From Candidatus Nanohaloarchaea archaeon (lineage in GTDB: Archaea > Nanohalarchaeota > Nanosalinia > Nanosalinales > Nanosalinaceae), in assembly GCA_046539225.1 (NCBI GenBank), contig JBKHHG010000005.1:1-25616 (forward strand): 25,616 bases of DNA, in the 5' to 3' direction. Positions 22,741 through 25,616 of this stretch are shown here, in pieces. Within the stretch, counting starts at the first letter, position 1. Each line of letters opens with the position of its first letter. Position numbers and translations under genes: made by a program. The notes below the pieces were generated by a model. It made no database searches. It saw only the letters and a program-made list of their open reading frames with translations, and had not been told where the DNA came from.

Positions 22741-25546
22741 GGCATCTGATGTTTCCATCTCTGTTGACCCTGATCGCGTCCTCGTCGTCGCTGCAGCTGT
22801 TGACAAATATATCTGTTCCGAACAGGTCTTTACAGTCGTCTACCTTGTACTGGGTGTATACCGGTTCATCCCTGCTTGAACGCTTGACGAAGTCGTCCAC
22901 TCTGTCACTATCCTCTTTGCATAGCTTGTAATCCATCTCTCTTACCTCAATGTCTTTATTACCGCTTGAGCCTGTGTTCACGATCCTGACCGGATCCTGT
23001 GAATCCAGGAGATCGATGTTTCTCTTGCTGACCCCTACAGCCGCGTTTCCGTTGTAGGCCTCGCTTTTATCGGATTTAATATCAGGTTTTGAATCGTTAA
23101 TCCGGTTGACCAGGTTTGAAAGGATGAAGGCCTCTTCCCTGTTGTCTATATCGTTTCTGTAGTTGTTGTCCTCATTTATCACGTCTGTGTTGACTTCTTC
23201 GCCGCTGTTATCTACTACCGTGCAGCCTCCGGCGGCGTCGATCCTCCAGGAACTGTCGCAGCTGCTTTTCAGGGCTGAGTCCTGTGCCTCACTGTTTGTA
23301 ACAATTAAAGGACAGTTGTATCTTCCTGAGCCGCATCTGTTGTTGACTGCTTCAAAGCTCTTGGTCTGGCTGGCGAGTCTGACTGTGTAGTTGGCGTCAA
23401 CCCGCATTGTAAGCGTCTCTCCTGTTGGGCTGATGCTGTCGATAGGGCCTGTATCTCTTCCCGGATCAAGTATCATATCGCATTCGAATGTAGAGGGTCC
23501 GAATCCTTTGGAGAACCAGCCGTCCTCCTGCTGGGCCTCTATATTGCTGACGCTGGAGCTGTCAGGGTTTACAGTGTATACCTCGTTTGTTTCATCATAG
23601 TTTAGATCTTTACAGCTACCGTCCAGATCCATGTCGTACTTTTCGTTGGCTGTGTCCACATCGATCATTGCACTCGACGGCACTAACTTTATCTCCTCAG
23701 ATTTTACCTTGTAATCTATATCGAACTGTTCCGTCTCGAAGCCGACGTAAACCGGGATAATCTCGGGCTCCCGTCCATCGCCAGTGTTTTCGAAAGTTAC
23801 AGGGTTCTGCACGTTTACGTAGGCCTGTACAGGAGTGTTTGCGGTGTCAGATGCTGTAGGCTCGGGCCTCATTTCTTCTTCCAGCATGTATTCCTCTGAC
23901 ATGGCCTGGAACTGGAGCGTCGACTGCGAAGAGTAGTCGTAACGGATCTGGAGATCCGCGTCCTTGTCGATTCCCAGTGCTGGCTGTAAAAGACCGCAGT
24001 TCTTCAGTGTCAAATCCTCAAGCTCGGCTGTAGGCCTTTCAAACCCACCTCTCCGGATAGTTCCTTCTCCGAGCTTCTGGCCCCAGCTGCTGTCGGAGCC
24101 GTTTGCGATGCATTCAGATCCTGATCCGCCGACCTTCAACCTGTACTGGACATCGTGTGCATCGATACCTCTAAAGTTTTTGACAGGGTTGTAGACATCA
24201 AAGGAAAACGGCAGCGTATCATCCTTTTCACGGCCTGAGATATCGAAAGTGTTGCCATGGTTTATACTGAAGTCCTCTATCTCCAGGCCGAACTTCAAGC
24301 CGACCGACTCCGAACCAGGCCTCTCTGAATTATTCATCTGCATCTCCCGCAGACATTCAGGCCCCTCTAACGCACACCCGACCCGGGCCCACGCCATCTT
24401 CAACGCGTTACTCTCCCCTGTGAAGTCGTAGGAAGGCAGAGAACCGCCTAGTTCGGCGCCTCCATAACCCGCGTAATCAGAGCCGAGGCCTATAGCCGGC
24501 CCAAAAGTTTCTCCTAGGAACGGCAGGAATACTCCGCGTAAAAGGCCTCCGAATAAAAGTATAAGCAGGCCTGCAACGAACAACCAGATGACGATGAGCA
24601 CGATTAATACTACGAGTAAAAAGGCGATAGCAGTTCCTCCTGCGAGACCTCCAGAGTCCAAAAGCATCGGCGCCAGCCGCTTAGCTAAAGGAATTTTCTT
24701 TAACTGGTTGGCGATGCTTGCAAGGCCTCGATTCTCGACTTGAGCGTCCGCCATTCTGCCTCCGCGCGCTGCTAATCTTTTAGCCTGGTTTACATTAGCT
24801 TTTGCGCCTTTCTTGATTGCTTCTCTATTCTCCTTAGGCTTAAGATCTTTGTATAATCCGTGTGCTTGTTTGCCAGCTTTGTATCCAGCCTTTGCTGTCT
24901 CAGTATAATTGATAGATCTTGGTTCTGGTTCCGAGGCTGAGGTCAGCGAACGGCCTGATAGCTTGACAGATAAACTGCTCGCGATTAAAGTGGCTATCAA
25001 AGGTAAAAGTGTCAACGGTATGGCGAGCAGCGTGGCATCTGTCAACATTGAAGTTAGCGTAGATGTGTCGAATCCAAAGGCGTAGAATCCTAGGAATGTG
25101 AAAAATAGGAAGAGCGCCACGTACCGATTCTTAGGCCTTTTTACAGGCTCTGTTTTTCCCCTGCCGTATTTGTCCGTTGTGGTTTTCTCTTTCTCAGTTA
25201 TTATGTTGTCTACTGCGTTTTCAAGGCTATTCCAGATCCAGCTTGAGGAAGCACCTAGATAATGTAGAGGTGTGCGGATAAACAGATAGATGAGTATGCT
25301 GATTACTGCTAATGGTGCACGTACAGCGATTGTTAGGCCTGGGCGAAACAATATAACATATAATGGAACGTATAGGAATGTCGCTAATATGGCGTGTATT
25401 ACAAAGTTTATTCCTAGTAATACAAAAAATAGGAAGTGTCCAAAAATGCCTCCAGGGCTTAGAAGAGTATAACCTAGCATCGCAGATACAACAAATGCAA
25501 AAATAAAAAGTCCGAAACCTTCTTTTATCCAGTCGATCAAAAACAT
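22730..25546 (-). CDS. 938-aa protein: polytopic N-terminus with basic loops and a large Cys-containing exported domain related to the SGCID lipoproteins
   Basis: About 6-7 TM in the first 345 aa, then GLEIEDFSI, IRYDYSSQSTLQ, DTANTPV and DANYTV motifs. Confidence 0.85.
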   Translation of the reverse strand: MFLIDWIKEGFGLFIFAFVVSAMLGYTLLSPGGIFGHFLFFVLLGINFVIHAILATFLYVPLYVILFRPGLTIAVRAPLAVISILIYLFIRTPLHYLGASSSWIWNSLENAVDNIITEKEKTTTDKYGRGKTEPVKRPKNRYVALFLFFTFLGFYAFGFDTSTLTSMLTDATLLAIPLTLLPLIATLIASSLSVKLSGRSLTSASEPEPRSINYTETAKAGYKAGKQAHGLYKDLKPKENREAIKKGAKANVNQAKRLAARGGRMADAQVENRGLASIANQLKKIPLAKRLAPMLLDSGGLAGGTAIAFLLVVLIVLIVIWLFVAGLLILLFGGLLRGVFLPFLGETFGPAIGLGSDYAGYGGAELGGSLPSYDFTGESNALKMAWARVGCALEGPECLREMQMNNSERPGSESVGLKFGLEIEDFSINHGNTFDISGREKDDTLPFSFDVYNPVKNFRGIDAHDVQYRLKVGGSGSECIANGSDSSWGQKLGEGTIRRGGFERPTAELEDLTLKNCGLLQPALGIDKDADLQIRYDYSSQSTLQFQAMSEEYMLEEEMRPEPTASDTANTPVQAYVNVQNPVTFENTGDGREPEIIPVYVGFETEQFDIDYKVKSEEIKLVPSSAMIDVDTANEKYDMDLDGSCKDLNYDETNEVYTVNPDSSSVSNIEAQQEDGWFSKGFGPSTFECDMILDPGRDTGPIDSISPTGETLTMRVDANYTVRLASQTKSFEAVNNRCGSGRYNCPLIVTNSEAQDSALKSSCDSSWRIDAAGGCTVVDNSGEEVNTDVINEDNNYRNDIDNREEAFILSNLVNRINDSKPDIKSDKSEAYNGNAAVGVSKRNIDLLDSQDPVRIVNTGSSGNKDIEVREMDYKLCKEDSDRVDDFVKRSSRDEPVYTQYKVDDCKDLFGTDIFVNSCSDDEDAIRVNRDGNIRCLTE

Positions 25547-25547
25547 G

Positions 25548-25616
25548 TTATTCTTCTTCGACCCTGCTGACTACCTCAAGGTTTTCCATCCTGAAAGACC
25601 CCTCGCTGCTGAGCGT
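25548..25616 (-). CDS. 3' end of an upstream gene (partial; ...TLSSEGSFRMENLEVVSRVEEE*)
   Basis: Open frame from the window end to TAA at 25550-25548, 1 nt before the 938-aa start. Confidence 0.55.
   Translation of the reverse strand, partial: TLSSEGSFRMENLEVVSRVEEE

Larger units (their letters stand above)
275..25340. repeat. Dispersed, highly iterated palindrome AGGCCT
   Basis: About 120 copies counted by eye, roughly one per 210 bp. Confidence 0.92.

Noticed and set aside
275..25340. CRISPR array or REP/MITE elements explaining the AGGCCT recurrence
   Set aside because: Spacing is irregular, flanks are not conserved, and most sites are within ORFs.

Overview
Gene-dense archaeal chromosomal segment. 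The acidic proteome at moderate GC, BRE/TATA promoters, GGAGGTGA-type SD sites and the dph5/DUF357/trm5 block point to a halophilic DPANN archaeon, most likely Nanohaloarchaeota (inference). Only four genes have recognisable functions or families with high confidence: dph5, DUF357, trm5 and a degenerate AsnB-family enzyme. The rest is cell-envelope material. (i) 1-7.6 kb: coiled-coil proteins and four paralogous 'xxP[FWL]' membrane proteins. (ii) 9.6-18.1 kb: duplicated helical-domain genes, two proteins with internal twin-arginine motifs, and two large Ig-fold surface proteins. (iii) 18.1-25.6 kb: a frameshifted secreted protein, three tandem SGCID lipoproteins and a 938-aa polytopic protein that shares their motifs. 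The strongest DNA-level signal is the palindrome AGGCCT, about 120 copies by manual count versus about 6 expected, in all codon frames and in intergenic DNA (HIP1-like). CTAG is strongly depleted (8 found). No RNA genes, CRISPR arrays or mobile elements were seen.
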